From Octopus vulgaris (taxonomy: Eukaryota): a DNA stretch of 64,000 nt. Where the stretch lies: assembly GCA_951406725.2 (NCBI GenBank), contig OX597819.1, positions 79,112,001-79,176,000 on the forward strand, in the 5' to 3' direction. The translations under genes and the position numbers were made by a program. Position 1 is the stretch's first letter, and each line of letters starts with the position of its first letter. This document shows positions 1 to 14,744 of this stretch, one piece after another. The notes under the pieces were generated by a model. That model did no database searches and was not told the DNA's origin. It was given only the letters and a program-made list of their open reading frames with translations.

Positions 1-28
1 ATATACATATATATATATATATATATAT

Positions 29-70
<42 letters not shown>

Positions 71-724
71 AGAGATAGATAGATATATAGATATATAAAA
101 ACCACGATTTATTCGTGATCAGAGTTGTTCGAAAATTGATGTTCTATTGTGTGTATATATTTATATATCCCCCTCTCTCACATTTCTATGCCTTCTCTTC
201 TTACTTACTTTCCCTCCACTTTTCACTTCACTGTGTCCCTGTCATCTTTTCTCGCCCCCTCCTTAATTCTTCTGTCCCTCTGCTTCTACTTCTCTCTCTT
301 CTCTTTCCACGTGACCGATCGGTCAACCCTTTGTATGTGAAATCGTTACATCTCTGCCGTAAGGCTTCATTTCCACAAGCGCCATCTTAATTCCTTAGTC
401 GCAAGACACCTGTTGTTATGTCCTGTTATCATTTTTATTGTATTTATATTTGTGTAACATTGCCCGTCTTTCTCCCGTCCTTGTTTTTGTATACATTCGC
501 TGCTTTCTTCCAAGGAATCTCATGCTCTTAGCTTTGTTTTTCGCAAGAAGAATAGGAGGAAGCACAGACAAGAGTGAAAAGTGAAAAATAAGGCTTAAAA
601 GTTAAAGGAAGTATGAAAAGAGAACAGAAGAAAGAGCGAGGAAGCGGTAAGGATAATGAAGAAAAAGTTAGATATGAATAAGACAAATGCAGGAAAAAAT
701 GGAAGGACGGAAGAAGAAACAATA

Positions 725-800
<76 letters not shown>

Positions 801-869
801 AGGGAAAGATAGAAATACAGATAGACAGAGAGAGAAAACGAGGAGAAAGAAATATCCTTTATGTTTCCC

Positions 870-1075
870 TCGTGTTTAACTCACTGGAATGAAGTCATTC
901 TGGGACGCCACCTTGTAGGGTCTAGTCGAAGAAATCGGCTCCAGTACTTATTTTTTAAAGTCCGGTACTTATTCTGTTTGCCTTTTTAGTCGAACTGCTA
1001 GGTTACAGGGACGTAAATAAACAAATGTAGGTTGTCAAGCGATGCCGAGGGACAAATACAAACACAAAGACACGC
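870..1075 (-). mobile_element. SINE family B (tRNA-derived) 3' fragment
   Basis: Reverse-complement similarity to the 3' half of the full copy at 49903-50310 (GTCATTCTGGGACGCCACCTT, GTACTTATT, GGGACGTAAATAAAC, GTTGTCAAGCGATG). Confidence 0.6.
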
Positions 1076-1099
1076 ACATGCGCTGACACACATTCCAAC

Positions 1100-1186
1100 C
1101 TCTGCGGAATTTGAACTCAGAACGTAAAGGCAAACGAAATACCGCTAAGCATTTCGCCCGGCGTGCTAACCTTTCTTCCAGCTCGC
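1100..1186 (-). mobile_element. SINE family A 5' fragment
   Basis: GGAATTTGAACTCAGAACGTAA...GAAATACCGCTAAGCATTTCGCCCGGCGTGCTAAC is the reverse complement of the family A head. Confidence 0.75.
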
Positions 1187-1529
1187 ATACATATTGGCTA
1201 ATCATTTGAGGAATGTAGAATCGTAAAAACAGCCATTTTCAAAACTGTTACGAAGACTTCCTCATTTGCTTTTACGTGTGCAATAAAATGTTTGTCTCTT
1301 ATATTACTCGAATCTTGAGTCTGTCAGAGAAAGGCGTCGAGCTGGCGGAACTATTAGCACACTGGAAAACGCCCTTAGAAGAAAGTTCTGAGTTCAACTT
1401 TTTCCGAGGTCGTCCTTGCTTTTTATCTTTTCATGGTCACGTACCAGTCAGAGGCCAATGCAAAATTTTCAAAAAGTTTTTATCGTTCTCGACGCAGTCA
1501 TGGAGATCTTGTGCAACCCGAGTGTCTTT

Positions 1530-2056
1530 TTAGTTAGCTGAAATCAGGTTTGGCACAAACTTGGTAGACACGAATCTCATACCCATATCTTCAGTGATAA
1601 TGGACTGAACTGAACTGAACCGTAACTAATCAGCAGATCTTCTAATAATTCACGAATGGTGATTCGTCGATTTCCCTTCACATTTGCACGTACATTTGTG
1701 ATGTTTTTCTCAGTTTTGCTGGTTGCAAGTCTCCCAGAATTTTCGTCAATATCGACATTTTTCGGCCATCTTGGAAACGTCTGAACCACTCGTCCATTTG
1801 TGTGCGACTTATACACTCCTCTCCATACTCTTTCTGCAACTTTGCATAGGTCTCTGAGCAGGTATCGCCATGCCATCTTTCTCTGTCATGGTCAATGCGA
1901 CGATCACACGGTACACATCTTCATTCGAAGCACTACTGTAAATAGCGGAAGCGAGCTAGAACGTTAAACCTTGGTGCGGATGCCAAGCGGCGTCACTCTG
2001 TGTGCTCTAGCTTCGTTACAATGGCAATAGACCGGATATTTATTGATCAGACCTTA
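1530..2056 (-). mobile_element. Mariner transposon remnant (5' TIR and N-terminal transposase, disrupted)
   Basis: Minus ORF 1577-1876 reads DENSGRLATSKTEKNITNVRANVKGNRRITIRELLEDLLISYGSVQ (mariner HTH region). An adjacent frame reads TEDMGMRFVSTKFVP (the WVP-like linker). A TIR-like end TAAGGTCTGATCAATAAATATCCGG abuts a TA tract. Confidence 0.8.
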
Positions 2057-2192
2057 TATACATATATATACAAAAACAAATATACACATACACACAAATA
2101 CGTACACATAAATACACAGACACACATAGACACGCACATATACATATACATACATATAAATACATAAATATATATATATATGTATATCTATC

Positions 2193-2318
<126 letters not shown>

Positions 2319-2420
2319 CACATATATATGTTGTTTTGTAAATATGAAGATTTTTAATATGCATGTGGGTGTTGATGCGAAAGATGTATGCAAAATATGT
2401 ATATATATATATATAAATAT

Positions 2421-2489
<69 letters not shown>

Positions 2490-2929
2490 TTTAAGTGTGC
2501 GCCCGCGCGTGCCTGCGATTTATGTGTGTGTGTGTGTGTCTGTGTCTGTGCGTGCATGTGTGTGTGTGCGCGCTTATTCATATGTTTTGCAAACCCTGTC
2601 ACCAAAATGGAAAGCCGGTGCTATCCGAATGACCTACCGCCTGACTTAAACTGCATAACACTAACAAGGAATGCCAGAGCGACAGACAGGCCAAATCTGT
2701 CGTAAAACGTCAGTTAGGAGGCGGCAGAGGTGCGGCGCAGGGCAAGAGATAAACAGGCTGTTGAAAGCATTTCAAAATGGCCGCCATTACAATAACGACA
2801 GCAGCAAACGACAGTTTGTTCGTCTAAGCCGTTGATTGTTCTTCGTCTAACTTCTTTCGTGTCAAATGACTGCGCTGCCAACACGTATCTGTCTGCTTAA
2901 ATATGTATGTGTATATGTATGCATGCAAC

Positions 2930-2984
<55 letters not shown>

Positions 2985-3119
2985 AGTATATATGAAAAAA
3001 GTCAACATTTCGACCTTCTACATATATATATTTATAAATACACATACATATATATATGTATATAAAATTGTTGCTGTTTATGTACACGTATACGTACATG
3101 CGTATGTATTAGTGTTTTT

Positions 3120-3158
<39 letters not shown>

Positions 3159-3302
3159 CCTTTTGTGTGTATATCCGTGACTTGTCGTGACGTTTCGTAT
3201 GTCTTCGCATGTTTTGTGTATGTTTGTATTTGCATGTTATTTTCTTTTACCATTGTTTGTGTACATGTCTCCGTCAACCAGTTTTTCTGCATATGTACAT
3301 AC

Positions 3303-3402
<100 letters not shown>

Positions 3403-3704
3403 GTATGTATATGTATGTGTGCAGAGGAGCGGGCGTGTGTTTATGAGTAGAACTGCATGTAAGCTTCTACGTGTGTATTTTTGATAGATTCTTGAATGCA
3501 TGCATAATGCGTATATGCGAATGTATGCGCACATGCGAGCCTGTTTGTTTGCTTGTAGCTACGTGTTAAATTTTGCTTATTTAACACAATCATTGCATGT
3601 ATTTCGTTATTTATTGTCAAATCTTGTCTGTTCAAATGTATGTGAACACACATACACACACAAACATATATGTGTGTGTGCATGTGTGTATGTGTGTACG
3701 CGTG

Positions 3705-3746
<42 letters not shown>

Positions 3747-3854
3747 CATTTGCATGCATGCATGTGTGTATGAATGTACATATATGCATGTCCAGCCTAT
3801 ATTTTTAAGTGTATAAGAAATATATACGTACGAATGTGTATACATATATATATT

Positions 3855-3916
<62 letters not shown>

Positions 3917-3984
3917 TATTATATGTATACACATGTATATGTGTTTGTATATATATATCTATATATATATATATATATGTATAT

Positions 3985-4034
<50 letters not shown>

Positions 4035-4048
4035 CATACATACATACA

Positions 4049-4084
<36 letters not shown>

Positions 4085-4744
4085 TATATATATCATACAT
4101 TCTGGAAGTGGTTAATATACGTTAGTATACCACGTATGTGTTTGTATATTACACCTTGATAATACACTGGGTAGCTTTTAACTTTACCTTATTGAGCGCG
4201 CCTGCATTTATCTTACTGTTGTTGATTCTCAACATCTCTTTTCTTCTGTCTATCTGTCTGTCTGTCTGTCTTCCTGTCTCTCGCCACCCCCACTCTCTTG
4301 TACTCACGCACATTCGCACACGCACGTACAGTCAGCACCTCATATAGGCACTATCCTTATACTCTCTGAAATGACTTTTCTTACTGTATCTACCTTTCTG
4401 CGTTTGTCAATCATATATTTTCTTAGCATCTACATCTATATACACAAAGACGCACCTAGTCGCACGTGCATACAAGCACATGTACACACTCGCGCTCCCG
4501 CGAGCATGTTCTTGCGCACACATTTATATACATATTCACACATATACAAATATGTGTATTTGTCTGTATATGTATGTATATACATACACCCCGCCACACA
4601 CACATATATGTATATATTCACACCTATATGTACATATGCCTTTTTATATACATACACACAATATATACACACGCACACACACAAATGCACAGACAAGTGA
4701 CACATATTTGTGCGTGTATATGAGATAGTGTTTGTGTACGTACG

Positions 4745-4880
4745 CACATACATACATACATACATTCATGCATACTTACATACATACATACATACATGCA
4801 TACATACATACATACATACATACATACATACATGCATACATTACATACATACATACATACATACATACATTCATGCATAC

Positions 4881-4911
<31 letters not shown>

Positions 4912-4988
4912 CATACATACATACATACATGCATACATACATACATACATACATACATACATACATACATACACACATACATGCATAC

Positions 4989-5019
<31 letters not shown>

Positions 5020-5290
5020 CATACATACTTACATACATACATATATACATACATACATACATACATACATACATGCATACTTACATACATACATGCATAC
5101 ATACATACATGCATACATACATATATACATACATACATACATACTTACATACATACATACATACATACTTACATACTTACATATATATATACATACATAC
5201 ATGCATACATACATACATACTTACATACTTACATACATATATACATACTTACATACATACATTCATACATGCATAAATACATATATACAT
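4745..5290. repeat. Long imperfect (ATAC)n microsatellite
   Basis: Seen directly; explains the YIHT/MYVC ORFs. Confidence 0.95.
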
Positions 5291-5385
5291 ATATACAAAC
5301 TTGCAAACATAGTAACATACATACACACACACACGCAAGCGCACAGACACACACACACAGACACACTCACACACATATTTAAATG

Positions 5386-5432
<47 letters not shown>

Positions 5433-6061
5433 GTGTGTGTGTCTGTGTGTGTGCGCGTGTGTTATCTTGTATGGGTGTACCTGTGTGGGTGTATGTGTAA
5501 AATACGAGTTAGAGAAAAAGAAAAACATGAAATGAAAAAAAAACTAGAGCAAAGATGAAATACAAAAGAAAACAAAAGAAAACAAAACAAAAAAAAAAAC
5601 AAAAAGACAAACATCTAATTAAAAAAACAACTACTTAACAAATACAACCACAATGATAACCACATTACCATTGACAATAACAACAGCAACAACAACAACA
5701 ACAGCAGCGGCAGTAGTAACGGCTGCGACGGCTTTCTGTGATTGCAGAGACGTGACAGCAGAGGTCGTCGATTCAACGGCAAAAAGATTATTATTGAAAT
5801 CATGTTATTGGTGTTGTGATTAGTTGTTGTCGTCGCTTGTTGTGGTGCTGTTGTTGTTATTGTTGCTGTTGTTGTTGTTGTTGCTGTTGTTTTTGATGTT
5901 GATGTTGTTTTTAGTTGTGTCGGTGCGAGCTTCTGTTTTTTTTCCCCCCGTTTTTTTTTTATTATTTTGGAACTATTTTTTTTTCCCATTTGTTTTATTT
6001 GTACGTTAAACCAGTAGAGCGACAAGATGTTGACAAACTGTTGAGAAGTAGATAAAACGAG

Positions 6062-6062
<1 letters not shown>

Positions 6063-6129
<67 letters not shown>

Positions 6130-6203
6130 TAATAATAATCATGATGATGATGATGATGATAATAATAATAATAATAATAATAACAATAATAATAATCATG
6201 ATG

Positions 6204-6264
<61 letters not shown>

Positions 6265-6335
6265 TAATGATGATAATAATAATAATAATAATAATAAAAG
6301 TAATAATAATAATAATAATGATGATGATGATGATG

Positions 6336-6406
<71 letters not shown>

Positions 6407-6452
6407 AATAATAATAATAATAACAATAATGATGATGATAATGATGATGATG

Positions 6453-6498
<46 letters not shown>

Positions 6499-6528
6499 GA
6501 AGAAGAAGAAGAAGAAGAAGGAGTAGAA
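6063..6528. repeat. Compound (TAA)n/(TGA)n/(GAA)n microsatellite
   Basis: Seen directly. Confidence 0.95.
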
Positions 6529-6682
6529 GAAGAAGAAAAAAAGGAGGAGGAGGAGAAACAGATGAGGAAGAAGAAACGAAAGAGGTTAGGAGACAAAGTT
6601 TTAGAAAAAAGTAAAATGTTAATACGAATACGAATACAGATGTAATAATGAAATGATGATAATGATGATGATGATGATGATA

Positions 6683-6730
<48 letters not shown>

Positions 6731-6826
6731 TTGATGATGATTTTGATGATGATGGCGACGATGGTGATTAAGTTCATGGCGGTGAATGTTATGTAGTGAT
6801 GTAAATGATAACGATCGCAATGGTCG

Positions 6827-6857
<31 letters not shown>

Positions 6858-6885
6858 ATTGATGACGATGATGGCGAAGGGTGTC

Positions 6886-6916
<31 letters not shown>

Positions 6917-7206
6917 GCAATAGCTAAAAAAAATTGTTTTTTAAATCACTGAAAACAAACAAGAAAACGAAAATGGAATAAAACACGCAAGAACAAAAAT
7001 AAATAAAAATAAACATTTATATACAAATAAAATAAAAAGAAAATAAAACCCTTCCGCCAATTTTCAATACAACAACAACAACAACAACATTAAGACGCGC
7101 AACGTCAACAATCTCAAGACCAGCAATCTTGAAAACACACACACACACATTCACACATATACGCATGTAAATACACAGACGCTCGCACACACACACACGT
7201 GTGTAA

Positions 7207-7258
<52 letters not shown>

Positions 7259-7531
7259 TCAGGAAAGAAGAGGGAAATAGTAATAAAATTATACAAACAA
7301 TAACAATGGTGATGACTATGATGATGATGATGATGATGACGATGATGGCGTCGTGGACGATAACGATAATGGCGGCGACAACGATGACACCGATGTCGAC
7401 TTGAATGATGATGATGTCGATAGCGATAAACAAACAGTTAAAACAAACCAACGCCACCTTTCTCACCACGAAAAACAACAAACATACAAAAACCAAAAAG
7501 GAAATGTGAGAAAAAAGGCATTGAAAACATG

Positions 7532-7619
<88 letters not shown>

Positions 7620-8139
7620 GGGAAACTAGACAACAAGAATAAAAGTAACAGAAAATATGGAAAAATAAAAAAAAATCTGTAACTCCAAGATGGAAAAATA
7701 AAAATATTATGAAAATAAAAGAAAAGACAAGGTGGCAGAAATAGTATTTGTAGTGGTAGTGGTAGCAGCAGCAGAGCCTGAAAGATGTAAGGCAGTTCCA
7801 AAAGCGAAAACAAACGTTTTGATCGTTAAGAGGTGTAGTGTCAAAGACGTGTGACTCTTTATACCAAGTCACCGATCGTTGTTAGCTGGCAAATGTCTTT
7901 ATGTACCGACGGTCTGTACCAGTTTGAAAACTTAATGCCAAAATAGCTAAGAGGACCCAGTTTTTTTTTTGTTGTGTGTGTGTGTGAAGAAGAAAAAAAG
8001 GAGGAGGAGGAGAAACAGATGAGGAAGAAGAAACGAAAGAGGTTAGGAGACAAAGTTTTAGAAAAAAGTAAAATGTTAATACGAATACGAATACAGATGT
8101 AATAATGAAATGATGATAATGATGATGATGATGATGATA

Positions 8140-8187
<48 letters not shown>

Positions 8188-8283
8188 GTGATGATGATTT
8201 TGATGATGATGGCGACGATGGTGATTAAGTTCATGGCGGTGAATGTTATGTAGTGATGTAAATGATAACGATCGCAATGGTCG

Positions 8284-8329
<46 letters not shown>

Positions 8330-8364
8330 ATTGATGTATGATGACGATGATGGCGAAGGGTGTC

Positions 8365-8395
<31 letters not shown>

Positions 8396-8685
8396 GCAAT
8401 AGCTAAAAAAAATTGTTTTTTAAATCACTGAAAACAAACAAGAAAACGAAAATGGAATAAAACACGCAAGAACAAAAATAAATAAAAATAAACATTTATA
8501 TACAAATAAAATAAAAAGAAAATAAAACCCTTCCGCCAATTTTCAATACAACAACAACAACAACAACATTAAGACGCGCAACGTCAACAATCTCAAGACC
8601 AGCAATCTTGAAAACACACACACACACATTCACACATATACGCATGTAAATACACAGACGCTCGCACACACACACACGTGTGTAA

Positions 8686-8737
<52 letters not shown>

Positions 8738-9010
8738 TCAGGAAAGAAGAGGGAAATAGTAATAAAATTATACAAACAATAACAATGGTGATGACTATGA
8801 TGATGATGATGATGATGACGATGATGGCGTCGTGGACGATAACGATAATGGCGGCGACAACGATGACACCGATGTCGACTTGAATGATGATGATGTCGAT
8901 AGCGATAAACAAACAGTTAAAACAAACCAACGCCACCTTTCTCACCACGAAAAACAACAAACATACAAAAACCAAAAAGGAAATGTGAGAAAAAAGGCAT
9001 TGAAAACATG

Positions 9011-9098
<88 letters not shown>

Positions 9099-9465
9099 GG
9101 AAACTAGACAACAAGAATAAAAGTAACAGAAAATATGGAAAAATAAAAAAAAATCTGTAACTCCAAGATGGAAAAATAAAAATATTATGAAAATAAAAGA
9201 AAAGACAAGGTGGCAGAAATAGTATTTGTAGTGGTAGTGGTAGCAGCAGCAGAGCCTGAAAGATGTAAGGCAGTTCCAAAAGCGAAAACAAACGTTTTGA
9301 TCGTTAAGAGGTGTAGTGTCAAAGACGTGTGACTCTTTATACCAAGTCACCGATCGTTGTTAGCTGGCAAATGTCTTTATGTACCGACGGTCTGTACCAG
9401 TTTGAAAACTTAATGCCAAAATAGCTAAGAGGACCCAGTTTTTTTTTTGTGTGTGTGTGTGTGTG
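6529..9465. repeat. Tandem duplication, ~1.47 kb unit (6529-7985 and 7986-9465)
   Basis: Both copies start GAAGAAGAAAAAAAGGAGGAGG and end GAGGACCCAGTTTTTTTTT(GT)n. The non-repetitive parts are nearly identical, and the ORF track shows duplicated peptides. Confidence 0.95.
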
Positions 9466-9997
9466 TTTTGTTTTGTTTCTGAAATAGGAGAAAAAAAATA
9501 CAAAATAAAAATGTAAAATGTCTGCGGTTTTCTTTTGTTTTTTATATAATTATTGGTTTATTTTTTTTTTGTAATTTTTTTTTTCTGTTTCTCTAATTCA
9601 TACATTTGTTATTTTTTTTTTACATGTTTTATAATTTTTTTTCTCCCTCTCTCTCTTTTGATTTTGTTTGTCAAATCTCTTTTGAAAGGCAGTGTTTTGT
9701 GTGTGTGTGTGTGTGTGTGAGTGTGTATGTGTGTGTGAATGTGTGTGTGTGTGTGAGTGTGTATATGTGTGTGTGAATGTGTGTGTGTTGTGTGTGTGTG
9801 TGATTGTGGTTTGATGCTTGTCCTTTCGAATATTCTATCCTGTTCGTCTAATTTCTTTTATATTTGTACACACGAAGAGACAGATACACATAAATACGTA
9901 CAGAAGCACACAAAAAACAAACACGCACACACACACACACACACACGCACACACATGCACACTCATACACACAGTCTCTCTCTCTCTCTAACCTTTC

Positions 9998-10042
<45 letters not shown>

Positions 10043-10171
10043 TGGTGAAAGAGATTGAACGGGAGAGAGAGAGAGAGAAGGACGGAGAAAGAGAAAGAGT
10101 GTGTATGTAAATGCGAGGGCGTAAGTGTCCGCATGGCAGCGTGTGTAAATTCATGTTAAACAAATTTGAAC

Positions 10172-10600
10172 AGGCGTGGCTGTGTGGTAACAAATTTTCT
10201 CCCGAACAATATGGTTTCAGGTTCAGTCCTACGTTGTTGCACCTTGGGCCAGTGTCTTCTACAATAACTTTGAGTCGACCACAGTCTTGTGAGTGAATTT
10301 GGATGGTGGAAACTAAAAGAAGCTCGTCAAGTATATGTGTATGTATACATGCGAATAGGTGTGCAAGTATATACTTATGCGTGTGTGTCTTTCTGCCTAT
10401 GTTTGTGCTCCACCACTCGACAACCGGTGTTGGTTTGTTTACACCCCTGTGATTTAACTGTTCGTAAAAAAAAAAACGACCGATTGTATAAGTACCAGGT
10501 TTTAATAGGGTAAGTACTGAGGTCGATTCGTTTGACTAAAACCCTTCAAGGTGGTGCCCCAGTATGGCCGCAGTCGAATGACTAAAAGAAATAAAGGATA
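10172..10600 (+). mobile_element. SINE family B, diverged full copy
   Basis: A-box-like TGGCTGTGTGGTAA, B-box-like GGTTCAGTCC, CCTTGGGCCAGTGTCTTC body, and 3' GGTGGTGCCCCAGTATGGCCGCAGTC...TAAAAG. Confidence 0.8.
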
Positions 10601-10736
10601 AAAGAAAGAAAAAGAAGTATCAAAGGACACACATACACACAATGGAAGAAAATACTCAATGATGTCAATAATCTTGGAGGTCTGATCGCGACTGCTAAGG
10701 AATCTAACATAAATAGCGAAAGCAGGCTACATAGTC

Positions 10737-11132
10737 TTTTCTACTCTAGGCACAAGGCCCGAAATTTGTGGGGAAGGGACCAGTCGATTAGATCGACCCC
10801 AGTACGCAACTGGTACTGAATTTATCGACCCCGAAAGGATGAAAGGCAAAGTCGGCCTCGGCGGCTTTTGAACTCAGAACGTAACGGCAGACGAAATACC
10901 TATTTCTTTACTACCCACAAGGGGCTAAACACAGAGAAGACAAACAAGGACAGTCAAAGGGATTAAGTCGATTACATCGACCCAAGTGCATAACTGGTCC
11001 TTAATTTATCGACCCCGAAAGGATGAAAGGCAAAGTCGAACTCGGCGGAATTTGAACTCAGAACGTAACGGCAGACGAAATACGGCTACGCATTTCGCCC
11101 GGCGTGCTAACGTTTCTACCAGCTCGCCGCCT
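10737..11132 (-). mobile_element. SINE family A with internally duplicated ~180-bp module
   Basis: Two copies of GACCCCGAAAGGATGAAAGGCAAAGTCG...GAACTCAGAACGTAACGGCAGACGAAATAC, with a single head ending CCAGCTCGCCGCCT. Confidence 0.9.
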
Positions 11133-11426
11133 TAAACAGGATACATATTAGCAAACGATACTCGCTCAGGAATGGTGGATGAGAGTACAGGTTGAACATT
11201 TAGATAATTCTCGTAATATATCTAATTACATCAAAGTCGCCAGCAGGCAGAATCATCAGAACACGGTTCTGAGTTCAAATTCCGCCGAGGTCGACTTTAC
11301 CTTTCATTCTTTCGGGATCTATAAAATAAGTACTAGTTGAACACTGGGGTCGATGTAATCGACTTACACTCTCCCCCGAAATTACTGGCCTTGTACCAAA
11401 ATTCGAAACTATTATTATTATTATTA

Positions 11427-12192
11427 TTCTATATTTGACTTTTGCTTTATGTTTGTACAAGTTGGCTCCAAGTCTCACCCAGAGACCTCAAGAGACAACA
11501 GGTTGGAAGTTCACGTTGTTGTTATGCCTAGTGTGCCATATATTTGGTTTTTTTTTTGGTGTTGTACTAGTGAATGTCTAATAAATAAATTTTAAAAAAA
11601 AGTTTGTTTTAAACCTTGAGATTACATAGAGAGTATTTTGCGTAGGATATGAGCAGTTCCCATGAGCACTATCTTTTGAATTTCTGCCATTTTGGGGGTT
11701 TCCTGGTATCTGAGTTAGGTAGCAATCAGCCCCTTTCGCTATCATTCCCAGGACACCTATGACAACAGGTATTGTTTTAGTCTTCAGGTTCCACATTTTG
11801 CTGATTTCTATTTCAAGATCTTTATATTTGCCCAGTTTTTGGTAGGTCTTGACAGATACGTTTATATCGATTGGGACAGTCATATCAATGAGGAGGCATG
11901 TTCTTTGTCTGAAGTCTTTCAATATGATGTCTGGCCTGTTTGCATCTATCTTTTTGTGAGTTTGAATGGTGAAGTTCCAGAGGAGTGAGATGTGATCATT
12001 TTTAAGCACTGGATGTGGATTGTGTTCTCACCAGTTTTTTTCATGGGGCAAATCCAGGTTTTTGCAAATTACCCAGTGAATATATTGTGCAGCTCTATCA
12101 TGCCTGTTGAGGTACTCTGTAGGCGCTAGAAGACTGCACTTGGAGAAAACATGATCAATGGTTTCCTTTTGTTGTCGACATACACGACATGT
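11427..12192 (-). mobile_element. R4/Dong-type non-LTR retrotransposon 3' fragment (restriction-like endonuclease)
   Basis: Minus ORF reads LLWNFTIQT..IDANRPDIILKD..CLLIDMTVP..KYKDL (PD-(D/E)xK endonuclease). The 3' UTR ends in (TAA)n. Closely similar to 35971-36867. Confidence 0.9.
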
Positions 12193-12448
12193 TGGGCTAC
12201 TGCCGTATTATTATTGTTGTTGTTGTTGTTGTTGTTGCTTTTTCCCTTCTTTCTTCAATTTTCTTTCAATTTCTCGCTGAGTGTTTTCCGTACACCTAGG
12301 GCAGAGAAGCTCATTGTCTGCATTCCAGATTACACACGCAAATTCACAGGTAAAATATGTATTTAAAAAAATAATAAATTCATGAATGGATGTTATTTTC
12401 ACAGCGATAATGCTCTTCTCAGTACATGAGTCGTTCCAGTTAACACGA

Positions 12449-12517
<69 letters not shown>

Positions 12518-12549
12518 CATCATCATCATCATCATCATCATTATTATTT

Positions 12550-12732
12550 AGGTGGCCTGCTGGCAGAATCGTTAGCATGCTTGGCAAAATGACTTCAAAT
12601 TTCGCCGAGGTCTACTTTGCCCTTCATCCTTTCAGGATTTATAAAATAAGTACCAATGGAACATTGGGGTCGATGTAATCCCTTTATCTCACCTCCAAAA
12701 TTGATGGCCTCGTCTAAAATTCGAAACCAATA
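12550..12732 (+). mobile_element. SINE family A, diverged copy
   Basis: GGTGGCCTGCTGGCAGAATCGTTAGC...TTCATCCTTTC...GGGGTCGATGTAATC. Confidence 0.7.
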
Positions 12733-13170
12733 CATTTAATTACACCTGTACGCACACACACACACACACACACACCATCGACAAGGTACCCGCCTTGTTT
12801 CCAGCGATCAGCTTGCCAAGACTTTCCATTTCCCTCTTTGTTGTGTTGCATGCATTTCCAGTCCAGTTCATTCTTCGCTGTTCACATAACGCTTTGACAG
12901 CCCGTTGCTCTTTTTCTTTTAAGACATTCTGTCTGAACGGTCTTGGACAATGACTCGTGGCACATTGTGCGACTAAAATTTTATTTCGTGGACTTGTTTC
13001 CGACACGACACTAGATGTCTTTAGTCGTTCGGCTTTCTAGTACTGCGTCATTTGTTATCCTGTCTTTCCAGGTTGTTCTGCCCAATCTGCAAGAATCCAC
13101 GTCTCAATGGCACTGTTGTATACATTGTCCAAGTTTCTGTCCAGCAGAGGACATTGAAGTTAGTAAACTG

Positions 13171-13223
<53 letters not shown>

Positions 13224-13475
13224 TGGCTATATGTGTGTGTATTTGGGTGTGTGTTTGGTGGAATCTCCCGTCCACGACGACGTATGAGTGTTCAGCTTTA
13301 ATCGAACAACCTGCACAACAGATTTGTTTATAGTGATCAAATGTATGCGCCGAGATAGTTCACTATCTCTATGCAATCGGCATAGCCTCAACAGGTACAC
13401 AAGTGTGCCGCATGTCAAATGTCGAGATGATCGCAATGCAACGTATGATGAAGTGTTTGCTCAAGAATACAACAC

Positions 13476-13541
<66 letters not shown>

Positions 13542-13697
13542 CGTGTGTGTGTGTGTGTGTGTACTTTATTCGCAGTATCGTGTTACTCTATTAGTAATCA
13601 GTAGTCCCTTTGTTATGCTTAAACTAGCTTTAAACGTAATGGTTTCAAATACTGGTGCAAGAACCTGTAATTTTAAAGGGAAGTAGTAAGTCGATAT

Positions 13698-14082
13698 GGC
13701 GGCGAGCTGGCAGAATCGTTAGCACGCCGGGCGAAATGCGAAGCCGTATTTCGTCTGTCGTTACGTTCCGAGTTCAAATTCCGCCGAGGTCGACTTTGCC
13801 TTACACACTGGGGTCGATATTATCGACTTAATCCATCTGTCTGTCCTTGTTTGTCTCCTCTGTTTTTAGCCTCTTGTGGGTAGTAAAGAAATAAATATTT
13901 CGTCTGCCGTTACGTTCTGAGCTCAGATTCCGCTGAGGTCGACTTTGTCTTTCATCCTTTCGGGGGTCGATAAATTAAGTACCAGTTACGCACTGGGGTC
14001 GATATAATCGACTTAATCCCTTTGTCTGTCCTTGTTTGTCCCCTCTGTGTTTTCAGCCCCTTGTGGATAGTAAAGAAACAGA
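13698..14082 (+). mobile_element. SINE family A with two modules
   Basis: GGCGGCGAGCTGGCAGAATCGTTAGCACG head with B-box GAGTTCAAATTCC; the module ending GTAAAGAAA is repeated. Confidence 0.9.
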
Positions 14083-14361
14083 TATCAGAGACCCCAGTTC
14101 TCGCCTGCTGCCTATTTTATCGAACCTGAATGGATGAAACGCAAAGTCAACCTCGGCCGCATTTCAATTGAGAACGTAAAACGAGAACAAATGCTGTTAA
14201 CCATGTTATCCGGTGAGCTTAACGATTCTGTCAGCTCACTGCCTTACCAGCTTCAAAAAATAAATTTAATTTTATACACACACACACACACATGCATGCA
14301 TATACACATTCGGTATTTCGCCGTCATGCATACACACGTTTACAAACACGTACACATACAT

Positions 14362-14744
14362 GTGGAAGCACTCCGTCGGTTACGACGACGAGGGTTCCGG
14401 TTGATCCGAATCAACGGAACAGCCTGCTCGTGAAATTAACGTGTAAGTGGCTGAGCACTCCACAGACACGTGTACCCTTAACGTAGTTCTCGGGGATATT
14501 CAGCGTGACACAGAGAGTGACAAGGCCGGCCCTTTGAAATACAGGTACAACAGAAACAGGAAGTAAGAGTGAGAGAAAGTTGTGGTGAAAGAGTACAGCA
14601 GGGATCACCACCATCCCCTGCCGGAGCCTCGTGGAGCTTTATGTGTTTTCGCTCAATAAACACTCACAACACCCGGTCTGGGAATCGAAACCGCGATCCT
14701 ATGACCGCGAATCCGCTGCCCTAACCACTGGGCCATTGCGCCTC
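14362..14744 (-). mobile_element. SINE family C (tRNA-derived head)
   Basis: Minus strand reads GGCGCAATGGCCCAGTGGTTAGGGCAGCGG...GGTTTCGATTCCC (A and B boxes). The 3' part is shared with 34955-35258. Confidence 0.85.

Noticed and set aside
280-550. Repeat-like non-coding blocks here and at 12777-13174 and 23340-23820
   Set aside because: Probably TE-derived, but there is no second copy, terminus pair or clear motif in this window to classify them.
5615-6820. 401-aa ORF and other long poly-H/I/M/E/YI ORFs (e.g. 20122-20454, 41214-42503)
   Set aside because: They are translations of trinucleotide and dinucleotide microsatellites, with no domain, splice context or codon structure.
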